NCBI GenBank assembly: GCA_902579395.1
Contig: CACHGK010000002.1
Coordinates: 89,694-153,693 of the forward strand
Length of the DNA stretch: 64,000 nt
From: an uncultured Alphaproteobacteria bacterium
GTDB taxonomy: Bacteria > Pseudomonadota > Alphaproteobacteria > Methylaequorales > Methylaequoraceae
Reading direction: 5' to 3'
Numbering within the stretch: the first letter of the stretch is position 1; each line of letters starts with the position of its first letter. Under the pieces are notes generated by a model. It saw nothing but the letters and a program-made list of their open reading frames with translations. It did no database searches and was not told the DNA's origin. The position numbers and the translations under genes were made by a program. This document shows, in pieces, positions 36,718 through 47,482 of the stretch.

Positions 36718-37947
36718 TTATTTGTTTGAAACTTTAATTTTTTGTTTTTTTATAAATAACTCATTAACCTTTCCTCTTAAATTATATTCCGAGGCCATAC
36801 ATGAACTATAAGCACCAGTAGAGCATATTACAATCAGGTCATCCTTTTTAAACTGCTGCGTTCTTATATTTTTTCCAAAAATATCTCCAGTTTCGCAAAT
36901 TGGTCCAACAATGTCGTAATATTTATAAGTGTTATTATCAGTCAAATTAACAGGTAATATATTATGAAAAGCACCATATAGGGCCGGTCTTATAAGGTTA
37001 TTCATCCCGGCGTCGATAATTAAGAAATTCTTCTTTTTTCCTCTCTTAACCCTTATTACTCTTGAAAGAATTATCCCAGAAGATCCAACTAATGAACGTC
37101 CTGGCTCAATAATAATATCAATTCCAAGGTCTGAAAAAAGACCTTCGATTAACCTTGAATACTCATTAAGGTCAATTAGTCTATTTTTTTCATTATATCG
37201 TATTCCAGCACCACCTCCCAAGTCTGCTAGGGATATTTTAAATCCTGATTTAATTAAAAACTTTATTTGATTTCGAATTTTTTTAAATGCTCTTTTAAAA
37301 GGAGTTAACGATTCTATCTGTGATCCAATGTGAACAGATAATCCAATTAAATTTATATATTTATTATCTTTATATTTTTTGAAAACTTCAAGAATCTGAT
37401 CATCAGGAATTCCAAATTTATCTTCTGATCTTCCTGTTGAAATTTTTTCATGAGTTTTAGCATTGATATCTGGATTAACTCTTAAACAAATTTTTATTTT
37501 TTGTTTTCTTTTTTTACAAATATAATCAATTTCATCAAGTTCCTCGACACTTTCAACATTAATTTGTTTAATTTTCTTTTTAATTGCAAGTTCAATTTCA
37601 TAGGAAGTTTTACCAACACCTGAAAAAACAATTTTGTTAGGATTAACCCCATTAGCTATGGATTTTTCTAATTCTCCGAATGAAACCACATCTATACCAG
37701 ATCCCAATTTTGAAAGAATTTTTATAATTTCCGAATTAAAATTAGCTTTCATTGCATAGCAAATCAAAGGTCTGATTTTTTTAAAAGAATTTTTTAATAG
37801 CTTATAATTTGATTCAATTTCCGAAACTGAATAACAATAAGAAGGTGTTTTATACTTATTAGCTAGTTTATCTAAAGGAGTGTCTTCAAAAAATAGTTTT
37901 CCATTTTTGTAATTAAGGAATTTATTATAATCTTTAGCGTTATTCAT
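36718..37947 (-). CDS. lysA: Diaminopimelate decarboxylase (start re-assigned to ATG 37947)
   Basis: YAMKAN, HIGSQI, DLGGG, EPGR, GPICETGD; the upstream part of the track ORF is occupied by a lipoprotein gene in another frame. Confidence 0.95.
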   Translation of the reverse strand: MNNAKDYNKFLNYKNGKLFFEDTPLDKLANKYKTPSYCYSVSEIESNYKLLKNSFKKIRPLICYAMKANFNSEIIKILSKLGSGIDVVSFGELEKSIANGVNPNKIVFSGVGKTSYEIELAIKKKIKQINVESVEELDEIDYICKKRKQKIKICLRVNPDINAKTHEKISTGRSEDKFGIPDDQILEVFKKYKDNKYINLIGLSVHIGSQIESLTPFKRAFKKIRNQIKFLIKSGFKISLADLGGGAGIRYNEKNRLIDLNEYSRLIEGLFSDLGIDIIIEPGRSLVGSSGIILSRVIRVKRGKKKNFLIIDAGMNNLIRPALYGAFHNILPVNLTDNNTYKYYDIVGPICETGDIFGKNIRTQQFKKDDLIVICSTGAYSSCMASEYNLRGKVNELFIKKQKIKVSNK

Positions 37948-38068
37948 TTTGGGCAGGATATTCTCTAGGGAAATCACTTTCTGGATATCTGTCCAGATTA
38001 GACTTCTTTCCACATGAATATATGGTAAACAATAATATGATAGCAAATAATTTAAAATAAACTCTCAT
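37940..38068 (-). CDS. Small lipoprotein, LptM/YifL-like (42 aa; not in ORF track)
   Basis: Manual translation MRVYFKLFAIILLFTIYSCGKKSNLDRYPESDFPREYPAQNE*: signal peptide, lipobox-like IYSC, then CGKK-x-x-L; between argH and lysA. Confidence 0.8.
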   Translation of the reverse strand: MRVYFKLFAIILLFTIYSCGKKSNLDRYPESDFPREYPAQNE

Positions 38069-38073
38069 GACAA

Positions 38074-39462
38074 CTATATTTTTTTCTTAGCTCTTTTTAT
38101 GGCTTTTTTAATTTGATTAAATTCGGTCCCTCCGTATGATTTTTTCTTGGAAATTGAACTTTCTATTGATAAATAATTAAAAATATCTTCATTAATTTTA
38201 GGTTCAATGGACTTTAATTCCATTAAACTTAATTCACTCAATAACTTATTTTTTTTTTCTGCTAATAAAACAATTTTACCGGTTATATGATGAGCCTCTC
38301 TAAAGGTGATTTTTGTATTTTTAACTATCCAATCTGCTATATCCGTCGCCGTGGTATAGCCTTTATTAGCCAAATCATACATCTTCTTCTTATTAATCTT
38401 TATAGAGGCCAACATTTCATTAACAATGTCCAAAAGAAGATTAATTGTTTCATAAGCATCAAAGACAGGTTCTTTGTCTTCCTGAAGATCTTTACTGTAA
38501 CCAGTTGGCAGTCCTTTTTGGATAATTAACAAATTTAATAATGAAGAGTAAATTCTACCACATTTAGATCTAACTAATTCTGCTGCATCTGGATTTTTCT
38601 TTTGCGGCATTATTGACGATCCTGTACACAATTTATCTGGAAATTTTATAAGTTCATAAGCACTGCTTGACCAAATAATAAAATCTTCAGAAAGTCTTGA
38701 AAAGTGCATGCTCAATATAGACAGCATGCTAAGAAATTCAATTGCAAAATCTCTGTCTGAAACACTATCAAGAGAATTTTCAGTTGGTTTAATAAAACCT
38801 AGATCTTTTGCTAAAAACTCTCTACTTATTTCACAAAAGTTTGTTCCAGCTAAAGCACCAGAACCCAAAGGGCATTCATTTATATTTTCTAGTAGTTGTT
38901 TTGCTCTTTTTTTATCTCTTTCAAACATTTCAAAAAAGGACATCAAATAATGAGAATAAGAAATTGGTTGCGCGTTTTGTGAATGGGTAAATCCAGGCAT
39001 TATTACGTCAACATTTTTTTCTGAACTTCTAATAATTGTTTTTTGAATTATTTTTAATTTTAAAATAATTTCTTTCAACTTACTTTTGATCCAAAGTTTA
39101 AGATCAGTTGCAACTTGATCATTTCTTGATTTACCTGTGTGAATCTTTCCTGCTAGTCTCCCAATTTTCTTTTTTAAGGCCATCTCGACATTCATATGAA
39201 TATCCTCATGGTCATTAGAAAATTTAAAATTTTTATTTTGAACTTCCAACAAAATCTCACTTAATGCATTGCAAATTTTTTTAAATTCTTTGTCACTTAT
39301 TATTTTAGATTTACGAAGGGATTTTGCATATGATTTATTAAGTTGGATATCTTCAAAAACAAGCTGATAGTCAAAGTTAATTGAATTGTTAATTTTTTTT
39401 AGTAAATCGGAAGATTCCTTTTTAAACCTACCTCCCCAAACTAAATTTGTTGTTTTTTTCAT
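38074..39462 (-). CDS. argH: Argininosuccinate lyase
   Basis: WGGRF, HTGKSRNDQ, GSSIMPQKKNPD, DLQEDKE. Confidence 0.97.
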   Translation of the reverse strand: MKKTTNLVWGGRFKKESSDLLKKINNSINFDYQLVFEDIQLNKSYAKSLRKSKIISDKEFKKICNALSEILLEVQNKNFKFSNDHEDIHMNVEMALKKKIGRLAGKIHTGKSRNDQVATDLKLWIKSKLKEIILKLKIIQKTIIRSSEKNVDVIMPGFTHSQNAQPISYSHYLMSFFEMFERDKKRAKQLLENINECPLGSGALAGTNFCEISREFLAKDLGFIKPTENSLDSVSDRDFAIEFLSMLSILSMHFSRLSEDFIIWSSSAYELIKFPDKLCTGSSIMPQKKNPDAAELVRSKCGRIYSSLLNLLIIQKGLPTGYSKDLQEDKEPVFDAYETINLLLDIVNEMLASIKINKKKMYDLANKGYTTATDIADWIVKNTKITFREAHHITGKIVLLAEKKNKLLSELSLMELKSIEPKINEDIFNYLSIESSISKKKSYGGTEFNQIKKAIKRAKKKI

Positions 39463-39480
39463 ATATGCTATTATGTATGT

Positions 39481-39987
39481 ATGAGATTATTCTTTTTCTT
39501 AATTATAATTATTTCAAATTTATCTCATTCATATGAGAACAATCAACTATTATTACATAATCAACCAAAAAAAATAGGTTGTATAGAGTTTAAAACTCTA
39601 GAGGGAAATACAGTAAACTTTTTTCAAAAAAATTCTGACAAAAAATTATATCTTTTAAATTTTTGGGCCACTTGGTGTCCTCCTTGTATCAAAGAAATCC
39701 CTGAATTAATAAAATTGGAACAGAAATATAAAAAAGAAATTGTTGTGGTTTTTATTTCTGTTGATTCAAACCCTTCAAAAGTAATACCAAAATTCATAAA
39801 AAAGCATAAATTAAATAATCTAAATCTTTTTATTGATAATAAACTTACACTTTCTCAAAAACTTGGTGTAAAGAGAATGCCAACCACTCTTTTGATAAAT
39901 GATAAACTACAAGAAATTTCTAAAATTGAGGGATATATCGACTGGCTTAATGAAGATGTTTTAATAGAGTTAAATGAGCTTTTATAA
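39481..39987 (+). CDS. TlpA/ResA-family thiol-disulfide oxidoreductase
   Basis: LNFWATWCPPCIKEIP, MPTT; divergent from argH. Confidence 0.9.
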   Translation: MRLFFFLIIIISNLSHSYENNQLLLHNQPKKIGCIEFKTLEGNTVNFFQKNSDKKLYLLNFWATWCPPCIKEIPELIKLEQKYKKEIVVVFISVDSNPSKVIPKFIKKHKLNNLNLFIDNKLTLSQKLGVKRMPTTLLINDKLQEISKIEGYIDWLNEDVLIELNELL

Positions 39988-40917
39988 TTTTTCTTCGAGT
40001 TGAGGCAACACTTCAAAGAGATCCCCAACTAAACCATAGTCAGAAAAATTAAATATTGGTGCCTCTTCGTCTTTATTAATACACGCAATGAATTTTGAAT
40101 CTTTTATGCCAGCTATATGTTGAATTGCTCCTGAAATTCCTACAGCAATATATAAATCTGGTGCTACAATCTTACCAGTTTGTCCTACTTGCCAATCATT
40201 TGGAACAAATCCAGCATCTACTGCAGCCCTGCTTGCTCCCATTGCTGCACCAAGTTTATCTGCTATTCCTTCTAAGAGTCTAAAATTATCGCCATTCTGC
40301 ATTCCTCTTCCACCTGAAATAACTATTTTAGCACTTGTAAGTTCTGGTCTGTCAGATTTTGATTGATCATATTTTACGAAACTAACGTTACCATTTACAT
40401 CTATATCCAATACCAATTCTTGAGAATCTATTTCAGAATTTTTTCCACAAGGTTCAAAACATGTTGGTCTTACAGTAATTACTTTGACTTTATCATTAGA
40501 TCTTACCTTTGCTATTGCATTACCAGCATAAATTGGTCTTTCAAAAGTATCTGAGCTAATAATATTTGTTATATCTGAAATTTGCTGAACATCTAAGAGC
40601 GCAGAAAGTTTTGGGGACATATTTTTACCAAACGTCGTTGAGGGAGACAAGATGTGTGAAAAATCTTTTCCATCTATAAACTTTGCAATAGCACTAGATA
40701 AGTTTTCTGCTATTGGGTTCTCAAACATTTTGTCATCAACAGTATAAATCTTTTTTAGATGATCACATTTCTTCAAATCATTTACAGCTGAATTCATATC
40801 TTTTCCAAGAATAATAGCCTCTACATTGTCTTCAATTTTCTTGGCAGCACTAATTGTTGATAACGATGATTGTTTAATTGTATTATTATCGTGTTCTATC
40901 ACTACTAAAATTGTCAT
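39982..40917 (-). CDS. etfA: Electron transfer flavoprotein alpha subunit
   Basis: [27 protein letters not shown]. Confidence 0.97.
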   Translation of the reverse strand: MTILVVIEHDNNTIKQSSLSTISAAKKIEDNVEAIILGKDMNSAVNDLKKCDHLKKIYTVDDKMFENPIAENLSSAIAKFIDGKDFSHILSPSTTFGKNMSPKLSALLDVQQISDITNIISSDTFERPIYAGNAIAKVRSNDKVKVITVRPTCFEPCGKNSEIDSQELVLDIDVNGNVSFVKYDQSKSDRPELTSAKIVISGGRGMQNGDNFRLLEGIADKLGAAMGASRAAVDAGFVPNDWQVGQTGKIVAPDLYIAVGISGAIQHIAGIKDSKFIACINKDEEAPIFNFSDYGLVGDLFEVLPQLEEKL

Positions 40918-41669
40918 AATATTTTTGCCTCATTTTTAAGTTTGTTAACTAGCGATTCAACATCTTGAACCTTTATCCCAGGCTTTCGTTCAGGTGGTTC
41001 ATTAACTTCAAGTATATCAAGCCTATTTTTAATATCTATACCGAAGGTTTGAATTTCAACCACTTCTATTTTTTTTTGTTTAGCTTTCATAATATTTGGA
41101 AGTGAAGCATAACGTGGCTCATTTAAACGGAGATCAGTTGTTATGACACAAGGGATAGCTATTCTAATTGTCTCAAGACCACCATCAACTTCACGGGTTA
41201 CATCAATTGTATTATCATCATTTTTTTTTACTTCAGAGGCAAATGTTGCCTGAGGATATCCAAGAAGTGTTGCAACAATTTGACCTGTTTGATTGCAATC
41301 ATCATCTATTGCTTGTTTTCCTAGTATTACCATGTCAGGACTTTCTTTTTTGCAGATTGTTTGAATTATTTTTCCAACATTTAATGGTTCAATCTGTTCA
41401 TTGTCTGTCTTTACAAGAATTCCTCTATCACCACCCATGGCCAATCCAGATCTAATAGTTTCTTGGGATTTATCAGTTCCTATTGATAAAACAATAATTT
41501 CATCTATCAATCCCTTTTCTTTCATTCTTACTGCCTCTTCAACTGCGATTTCATCAAAAGGGTTCATCGACATTTTTACGTTTTCTGTCTCTACACCTGT
41601 TTTGTCAGCTTTGACTCTAATCTTGACGTTGTAATCTATTACTCTTTTTACACAAACTAATGCTTTCAT
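40914..41669 (-). CDS. etfB: Electron transfer flavoprotein beta subunit
   Basis: VKRVIDY, MNPFDEIAVEEA, GKQAIDDD, NEPRYASLPNIMKAK. Confidence 0.97.
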   Translation of the reverse strand: MKALVCVKRVIDYNVKIRVKADKTGVETENVKMSMNPFDEIAVEEAVRMKEKGLIDEIIVLSIGTDKSQETIRSGLAMGGDRGILVKTDNEQIEPLNVGKIIQTICKKESPDMVILGKQAIDDDCNQTGQIVATLLGYPQATFASEVKKNDDNTIDVTREVDGGLETIRIAIPCVITTDLRLNEPRYASLPNIMKAKQKKIEVVEIQTFGIDIKNRLDILEVNEPPERKPGIKVQDVESLVNKLKNEAKIL

Positions 41670-41685
41670 TCTTTTAACCTACTTT

Positions 41686-42234
41686 TCATTCTTTATTTGG
41701 GATCCAAAGTATATCACCATCTTTTTTATTCTCAAACCTTGCGGCAACAAAAAGAAAATCTGAAAGTCTATTTGTATACTTGAGAATATCTGAATTAACT
41801 TTTTCTTTTTTATCTAACTCAACTATTGATCTCTCAGCTCTTCTAATTAATGACCTTGCAAGATGAAGGAAAGAAGAGGATTTGCTTCCACTAGGCAATA
41901 TAAAAGATTTCAAAGTACTTAAATCTTTGTTAATTTTATCTATTTCTGCTTCGAGAAACTCAATTCTTTTTTTTGATAAAGTTACATGTTTTTTAGAATT
42001 TTCTGGGAAACATAAATCAGCACCAATATCAAACAGATCGTTTTGTATACTTCTTAAAACTAATGTAATTTCCTTAGATGAAAAAACCATTGAAACACCA
42101 ATGCATGAGTTTGCTTCATCGATATCCCCGTAGGCTCTAATCCTTGTATCACTTTTTTTTACTCTAGAACCATCACCTAAACTTGTTAAACCTTTATCTC
42201 CACCACGAGTATAAATTTTATCAAGTTTAACCAA
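41686..42234 (-). CDS. PduO-type ATP:cob(I)alamin adenosyltransferase
   Basis: KIYTRGGDKG, AYGDIDEANS, QNDLFDIG, RRAER, NRLSDFLF. Confidence 0.93.
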   Translation of the reverse strand: MVKLDKIYTRGGDKGLTSLGDGSRVKKSDTRIRAYGDIDEANSCIGVSMVFSSKEITLVLRSIQNDLFDIGADLCFPENSKKHVTLSKKRIEFLEAEIDKINKDLSTLKSFILPSGSKSSSFLHLARSLIRRAERSIVELDKKEKVNSDILKYTNRLSDFLFVAARFENKKDGDILWIPNKE

Positions 42235-42243
42235 ATGATTCCC

Positions 42244-42438
42244 TTAAGATTTTAGAATTAAAGCTACTGTTAATATAACTAAAGTGACGAATTGAATTGC
42301 AACTCTATATCGCATAAATAGATTAATTTTATTATTTTCTGAATCTCCAGATTTGGCTGTATGAAAAAGGCCGATAAGTAAAGTCAGGAATGTCGCAATC
42401 AAGCATATGACAATTATGAAATTAAGCAAAAAATCCAT
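42244..42438 (-). CDS. HIG1-like twin-transmembrane-helix small protein
   Basis: Two TM helices with N-x-FMRYRVAIQ motif; upstream of pduO-etfBA. Confidence 0.8.
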   Translation of the reverse strand: MDFLLNFIIVICLIATFLTLLIGLFHTAKSGDSENNKINLFMRYRVAIQFVTLVILTVALILKS

Positions 42439-44124
42439 TTATCTTACAAGAAGACCTTTTACAATTATTTGTGCCTGTATCTCTGCTGCTCCCTCAAAAA
42501 TATTAAGTATTCTTGAGTCGCATAATACTCTACTTACGGGATATTCTAGTGCGTACCCGTTGCCGCCATGTATTTGCAATGCACTGTCTGAGTTACTCCA
42601 TGCTACTCTGGCTGCTAAGAGTTTAGCCATACCCGCTTCAATATCACATCTTATATCATTATCTTTTTCTCTTGCTGAAAAAAGTGTTATTTGTCTGGCT
42701 ACAGTGGTTTCCATGGCCATCCAAGCCAATTTACTAAAGATTCTAGGAAACTTTATTATTTGTTTTCCAAATTGACTTCTGTCTTTTGAATATTGAAGAG
42801 CTAACTCAAGAGCATTTTGAGCAACTCCAACTGCTCTCGCTGCAGTTTGAATTCTTGCTGATTCAAAAGTTTCCATCAATTGTTTAAATCCATTTCCTTC
42901 TTCTTCGCCAAGCAAATCATTTTTAGAGACTTTAATACCGTCTAGAGCTATTTCATATTCTTTCATTCCTCGATAACCAAGGACTTCAATCTCTCCACCA
43001 GACATTCCCTCCATAGGAAAAGGATTTTCACAATTACCTCTTGGTTTTTCAACCAGAAACATGCTCAGTCCTTTATAACCTTTTTGGTCTGGATTGGTCC
43101 GTGCAAGAACTGTCATCAGATCAGATCTAGCACCGTGAGTTATCCAAGTTTTGTTTCCTGTTATAACATATTCATCACCAGATTTAACAGCTCTAGTAGA
43201 TAAACTACCTAAATCAGAGCCTGTATTAGGCTCAGTAAAAACAGCTGTGGTCAAAAGCTCACCACTTGCTATACCAGGTAAATATTTTTTTTTCTGCTCT
43301 TCTGTTCCACCTAATCTAATTAATTCACCAGCAATTTCTGCTCTTGTTCCAAGCGAACCTGCAGCTAGGAAACCCCTTGACAATTCTTCAGTAACAACAC
43401 ACATGGCGACTTTTCCCATACCTAGGCCTCCATAATTCTCTGGTATTGCAATACTGAAAACTCCTAGTTCTGCCATTTTCTTTAATGTTTCGTCTGGAAT
43501 TAGATCATCTTTGAGATGCCATTCATTTGCATGGGGTAAAATTTCTTCCTCAGTGAATTTTTTGAATTGATCTTGAATCATTTCCAATGTTTCGTCATTA
43601 AGACCGAGATTTGCAAACATGTCTTTGTCTAGGGAATCTACTATTACCTTCTTTATTTTATCGGAAAGGCCGATCTCAATCATATCATTGATTTCATTGT
43701 CTTGTAGAAAGTTGAAATCATTGTCTTTTAAACCCAAATCATGAGGTCTAATTATTTCTGATTGACTCATCATGATTCCGTTACTCATTTGAGTTAAGTA
43801 TTCTGCAAATGCAAATATTGTTATAGAGGCATCAATTTCAGAATCTTTGTTTTCTTGAGTTAGTCTAGAGTACCAATTGTATGTCTCTCTCAAACCTATT
43901 CTATATGTTTCAAACCAAGCGAATCCGTGAGTTTGGAATTGATTGAGCTCTAAAAGTTGGTTATCTATTCTGTCATCTTTTGTTAACGTTGATTTCAAGA
44001 AATCTTTAGTTTTTTTTGAAACGACTTCAAGCTCTTTTAATATTTTAGTAAAGACATCTTTATTTGAGCTAATGTACTGTTTAAAATTTATAACTTCGGA
44101 GTTTATATTTACTGAGCTATCCAT
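42439..44124 (-). CDS. mcd: Acyl-CoA dehydrogenase, probable (2S)-methylsuccinyl-CoA dehydrogenase
   Basis: 561 aa with N-terminal extension (QFQTHGFAW), AVFTEPNTGSDL, EIEVLGYRGMKEY, IFEGAAEIQA; adjacent to ccr and ecm. Confidence 0.85.
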   Translation of the reverse strand: MDSSVNINSEVINFKQYISSNKDVFTKILKELEVVSKKTKDFLKSTLTKDDRIDNQLLELNQFQTHGFAWFETYRIGLRETYNWYSRLTQENKDSEIDASITIFAFAEYLTQMSNGIMMSQSEIIRPHDLGLKDNDFNFLQDNEINDMIEIGLSDKIKKVIVDSLDKDMFANLGLNDETLEMIQDQFKKFTEEEILPHANEWHLKDDLIPDETLKKMAELGVFSIAIPENYGGLGMGKVAMCVVTEELSRGFLAAGSLGTRAEIAGELIRLGGTEEQKKKYLPGIASGELLTTAVFTEPNTGSDLGSLSTRAVKSGDEYVITGNKTWITHGARSDLMTVLARTNPDQKGYKGLSMFLVEKPRGNCENPFPMEGMSGGEIEVLGYRGMKEYEIALDGIKVSKNDLLGEEEGNGFKQLMETFESARIQTAARAVGVAQNALELALQYSKDRSQFGKQIIKFPRIFSKLAWMAMETTVARQITLFSAREKDNDIRCDIEAGMAKLLAARVAWSNSDSALQIHGGNGYALEYPVSRVLCDSRILNIFEGAAEIQAQIIVKGLLVR

Positions 44125-44167
44125 AACTATTCATATTTAAGGTTAATATATTCTTTTTCAAGTACAT

Positions 44168-45397
44168 TTATAATTCATTTAGGCTTTTCATTCCAGTCTT
44201 TTTTGCTTGAACAAGAGCTGCCATATTACCAGGTAAATGTTTATTATTCATCATCTTTGTATGCGCTGCAGGAATTTTATCCCATGGGAAACACTCTGAC
44301 ATCAAAGGATCAATAAGTTTATTTATCATCATGTCATTAGCCTGATTAGCTTGATAGAGGTTTGCAAAATGACTTCCTTGGATTCTTTTTTGTCTCATCC
44401 AAATGTATCTTGCATCCATAGTGAGGTTATATCCTGATGTGCCTGCACATATCACGACCATTCCGCCAGTCTTAACTAGATAGCATGAAACAGGAAAGGT
44501 CGACTCTCCAGGATGTTCAAATACGATATCAACATCTTTTTTCCCAGTTATATTCCAAATATCTTTTCCAAGAACTCTACATTTTTTTATAAAGTCTGCA
44601 TATTCTTCTTGATTTTTAACATCTGGTAGCTTGCCAAAGCATTCGTATTTTTTTCTGTTAAGTACACCTGTTGCACCTAATTTTTCTACAAAAGGAATCT
44701 TATCATCATCAGAAATAATACCGATGGCATTAGCTCCAACTGCTTTACATATTTGAACAGCCATGCTTCCTATACCACCAGAGGCACCCCAAACTAAAAC
44801 ATTCATCCCCGGCTTAAGTGCATGTGGTGGGTGTCCAAAGAGCATCCTAAAAGCTGTTGCAAGAGTCAGAGTATAACAACCACTTTCTTCCCAAGACAGA
44901 TGTGGTGGTTTTTTTAATAGCTGTCTAGATTGAACAGTCGTAAATTGTGCAAAAGATCCATCATTAGTTTCATATCCCCAAATTCTTTGAGACTTTGAAT
45001 ACATTGGCTCTCCACCATTACATTCCTCGTCATCACCGTCATCCCTATTACAATGAATTATAACTTCATCTCCGACTTTCCATCTTTTTACATTCTCTCC
45101 GACAGCCCATACAATTCCAGAAGCATCTGAACCTCCAATATGATACCCAGTATCTTTTCCAATTACTGAGATAGGTATTCCTTGAGAAGCCCAAACGTTA
45201 TTATAGTTTATGCCAACGGCCATAACCATAACCATAACCTCGTCTTTACCAGGTATTTGAACAGGCATTTTTTCAATTTGCATTGCTTGTTCTGGAACAC
45301 CAAGCCTTTCTTCTCTAATCACCCAAGCATACATCTCCTCTGGAATGTCGCCCAAACTTGGAATTTCACCAATCTCGTAAATTTTCTTTGCAGTCAT
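44168..45397 (-). CDS. ccr: Crotonyl-CoA carboxylase/reductase
   Basis: GINYNNVWA, HIGGSDASG, IWGYETNDGSFAQF, QKRIQGSHFAN (CO2-binding Asn/Glu/His positions of ECRs present). Confidence 0.93.
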   Translation of the reverse strand: MTAKKIYEIGEIPSLGDIPEEMYAWVIREERLGVPEQAMQIEKMPVQIPGKDEVMVMVMAVGINYNNVWASQGIPISVIGKDTGYHIGGSDASGIVWAVGENVKRWKVGDEVIIHCNRDDGDDEECNGGEPMYSKSQRIWGYETNDGSFAQFTTVQSRQLLKKPPHLSWEESGCYTLTLATAFRMLFGHPPHALKPGMNVLVWGASGGIGSMAVQICKAVGANAIGIISDDDKIPFVEKLGATGVLNRKKYECFGKLPDVKNQEEYADFIKKCRVLGKDIWNITGKKDVDIVFEHPGESTFPVSCYLVKTGGMVVICAGTSGYNLTMDARYIWMRQKRIQGSHFANLYQANQANDMMINKLIDPLMSECFPWDKIPAAHTKMMNNKHLPGNMAALVQAKKTGMKSLNEL

Positions 45398-45499
45398 AAC
45401 TATTCCTATGATATTTTAAGAAAACTTTATACCACTAAAAATAAAAAATACATAAAATTTCTTGTTAGCAATTAAAAATAATACTATTTATGATTCAAA

Positions 45500-47482
45500 A
45501 TGACTAAAATCAAAGACAAACCATGGATGATTAGAACATACGCTGGTCACTCTTCAGCTTCAGATTCAAACAAACTTTATAGAGAAAATCTTACCAAAGG
45601 GCAAACGGGCTTATCTGTAGCTTTTGATTTACCTACTCAAACTGGTTACGATTCAGACCATATTTTATCCAAAGGAGAGGTTGGGAAAGTTGGTGTGCCC
45701 ATAAGTCATATTGGAAATATGCAGACTTTATTTAACAAAATTCCATTAGATAAGATGAATACATCAATGACTATAAATGCGCCTGCGCCTTGGCTTCTCG
45801 CGCTCTATATAGCAACAGCCGAAAAACAAGGTGTAGACAAAAAAAACCTATCTGGAACAACTCAAAATGATATTACAAAAGAATATTTATCCAGAGGAAC
45901 ATATATTTTTCCACCTGAACCTAGTTTGAAGTTGACAACTGACGTTATTAAATATACCACAAGCGAAATTCCAAAATGGAATCCAATCAATATTTGTTCC
46001 TACCATCTTCAAGAGGCTGGAGCTACCCCAGAACAAGAGTTGTCATTTGCCCTAGCAACGGCGATAGGAGTATTAGAATACCTCTATAATTCTGAAAATA
46101 TTGAAAAATTACAATTTGAAAAAATTGTTGGCAGAATAAGTTTTTTTGTAAATTCAGGAATGAAATTTATAACAGAAACTGCAAAAATGGCTTGTTTCAC
46201 AGAACTTTGGGACCAGATTTGTAAAGATAGATTTAATATATCAAACCCAAAATATAGAAGATTTAGGTATGGAATGCAGGTAAATTCTTTGGGATTAACC
46301 GAGTTACAACCAGAAAACAACGTTTATAGGATTCTTATACAAATGTTACCAGTTGTTATAGCTAAGAATTCTAGAGCAAGGGCAGTTCAACTCCCAGCAT
46401 GGAACGAAGCACTTGGATTACCAAGACCTTGGGACCAACAGTGGAGTTTAAGATTACAACAAATAATGGCCTATGAAACAGATTTACTTGAATTTTCAGA
46501 TATTTTTGAAGGTTCAAAAGTTTTGAAGGATCAAATAAGATTATTGAAAAAATCAGCAATATCTGAACTGAAAAAAATTGATAAAATTGGTGGATTAGTA
46601 GAGGCCATTGAAAGTGGTTATTTGAAAAGTAAATTAGTCGAATCCCAAACAAAAAGGCAAAAGAATATTGAAACAGGTGATCAAAAAGTAGTTGGTGTAA
46701 ATTGTTTTTCTGAGGGAGAGAACTCCCCCCTTATAAATGAAAAGGACGGTGGCTTTATGAAAGTCGATGACAGAGCAGAAAAACAACAAATAAATAATGT
46801 AAAAAAATGGAAATCTCAAAGAAACAATAAAAAAACTCAGGAATGTCTTTCAAAATTAAAAAAAGTGGCATCGGCTGGCGAAAACATAATGGAAATTTCT
46901 GTTGAATGTGCTCATCAAGGGGTTACAACAGGTGAATGGTCAAATGTCATGAGAGAAGTTTTTGGTGAATATAGGGCACCAACTGGAATTGTGTCATCTC
47001 ACATTTCAAGTAGCAATTTTGATGAATCGGACATTGAACAAAACCAAAAAGAAATAAATAAAATTTCAATCAAACTAAAGAGAAGGCCAAAAATGCTAGT
47101 AGGTAAACCAGGTTTAGACGGACATTCAAATGGGGCTGAACAAATTGCAGTTAGAGCTAGAGACATTGGCTTAGAGGTTGTTTACGATGGAATAAGATCA
47201 ACACCCGAACAACTGGTTGTTGCAGCTGTTGAAGAAGGCGTTCATATTATTGGTTTATCGATTCTATCAGGTTCTCATGTTCACCTAGTTAAAGTTATAA
47301 TGAACCTTTTAAAAAAAAATAATTATCAAAAAATACCAGTTGTAGTGGGAGGTATAATCCCCCCCAAAGATGAAAAAAAACTTTTATCCTTTGGAGTTAA
47401 AGCAGTATTTACTCCAAAAGATTTTAGAATTGAAGAAATAATGAAACAAATAACAGACATTTTAAAAAAAGCATATGGGTAA
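45500..47482 (+). CDS. ecm: Ethylmalonyl-CoA mutase (MeaA), B12-dependent
   Basis: PWMIRTYAGHS, GLSVAFDLPTQTGYD, RAVQLPAWNEALGLP, GKPGLDGHSNGAEQI (DxHxxG); divergent from ccr. Confidence 0.93.
   Translation: MTKIKDKPWMIRTYAGHSSASDSNKLYRENLTKGQTGLSVAFDLPTQTGYDSDHILSKGEVGKVGVPISHIGNMQTLFNKIPLDKMNTSMTINAPAPWLLALYIATAEKQGVDKKNLSGTTQNDITKEYLSRGTYIFPPEPSLKLTTDVIKYTTSEIPKWNPINICSYHLQEAGATPEQELSFALATAIGVLEYLYNSENIEKLQFEKIVGRISFFVNSGMKFITETAKMACFTELWDQICKDRFNISNPKYRRFRYGMQVNSLGLTELQPENNVYRILIQMLPVVIAKNSRARAVQLPAWNEALGLPRPWDQQWSLRLQQIMAYETDLLEFSDIFEGSKVLKDQIRLLKKSAISELKKIDKIGGLVEAIESGYLKSKLVESQTKRQKNIETGDQKVVGVNCFSEGENSPLINEKDGGFMKVDDRAEKQQINNVKKWKSQRNNKKTQECLSKLKKVASAGENIMEISVECAHQGVTTGEWSNVMREVFGEYRAPTGIVSSHISSSNFDESDIEQNQKEINKISIKLKRRPKMLVGKPGLDGHSNGAEQIAVRARDIGLEVVYDGIRSTPEQLVVAAVEEGVHIIGLSILSGSHVHLVKVIMNLLKKNNYQKIPVVVGGIIPPKDEKKLLSFGVKAVFTPKDFRIEEIMKQITDILKKAYG

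Noticed and set aside
37948-38046. 33-aa N-terminal extension of LysA in the ORF track
   Set aside because: Region encodes the small lipoprotein in another frame; LysA similarity starts near ATG 37947
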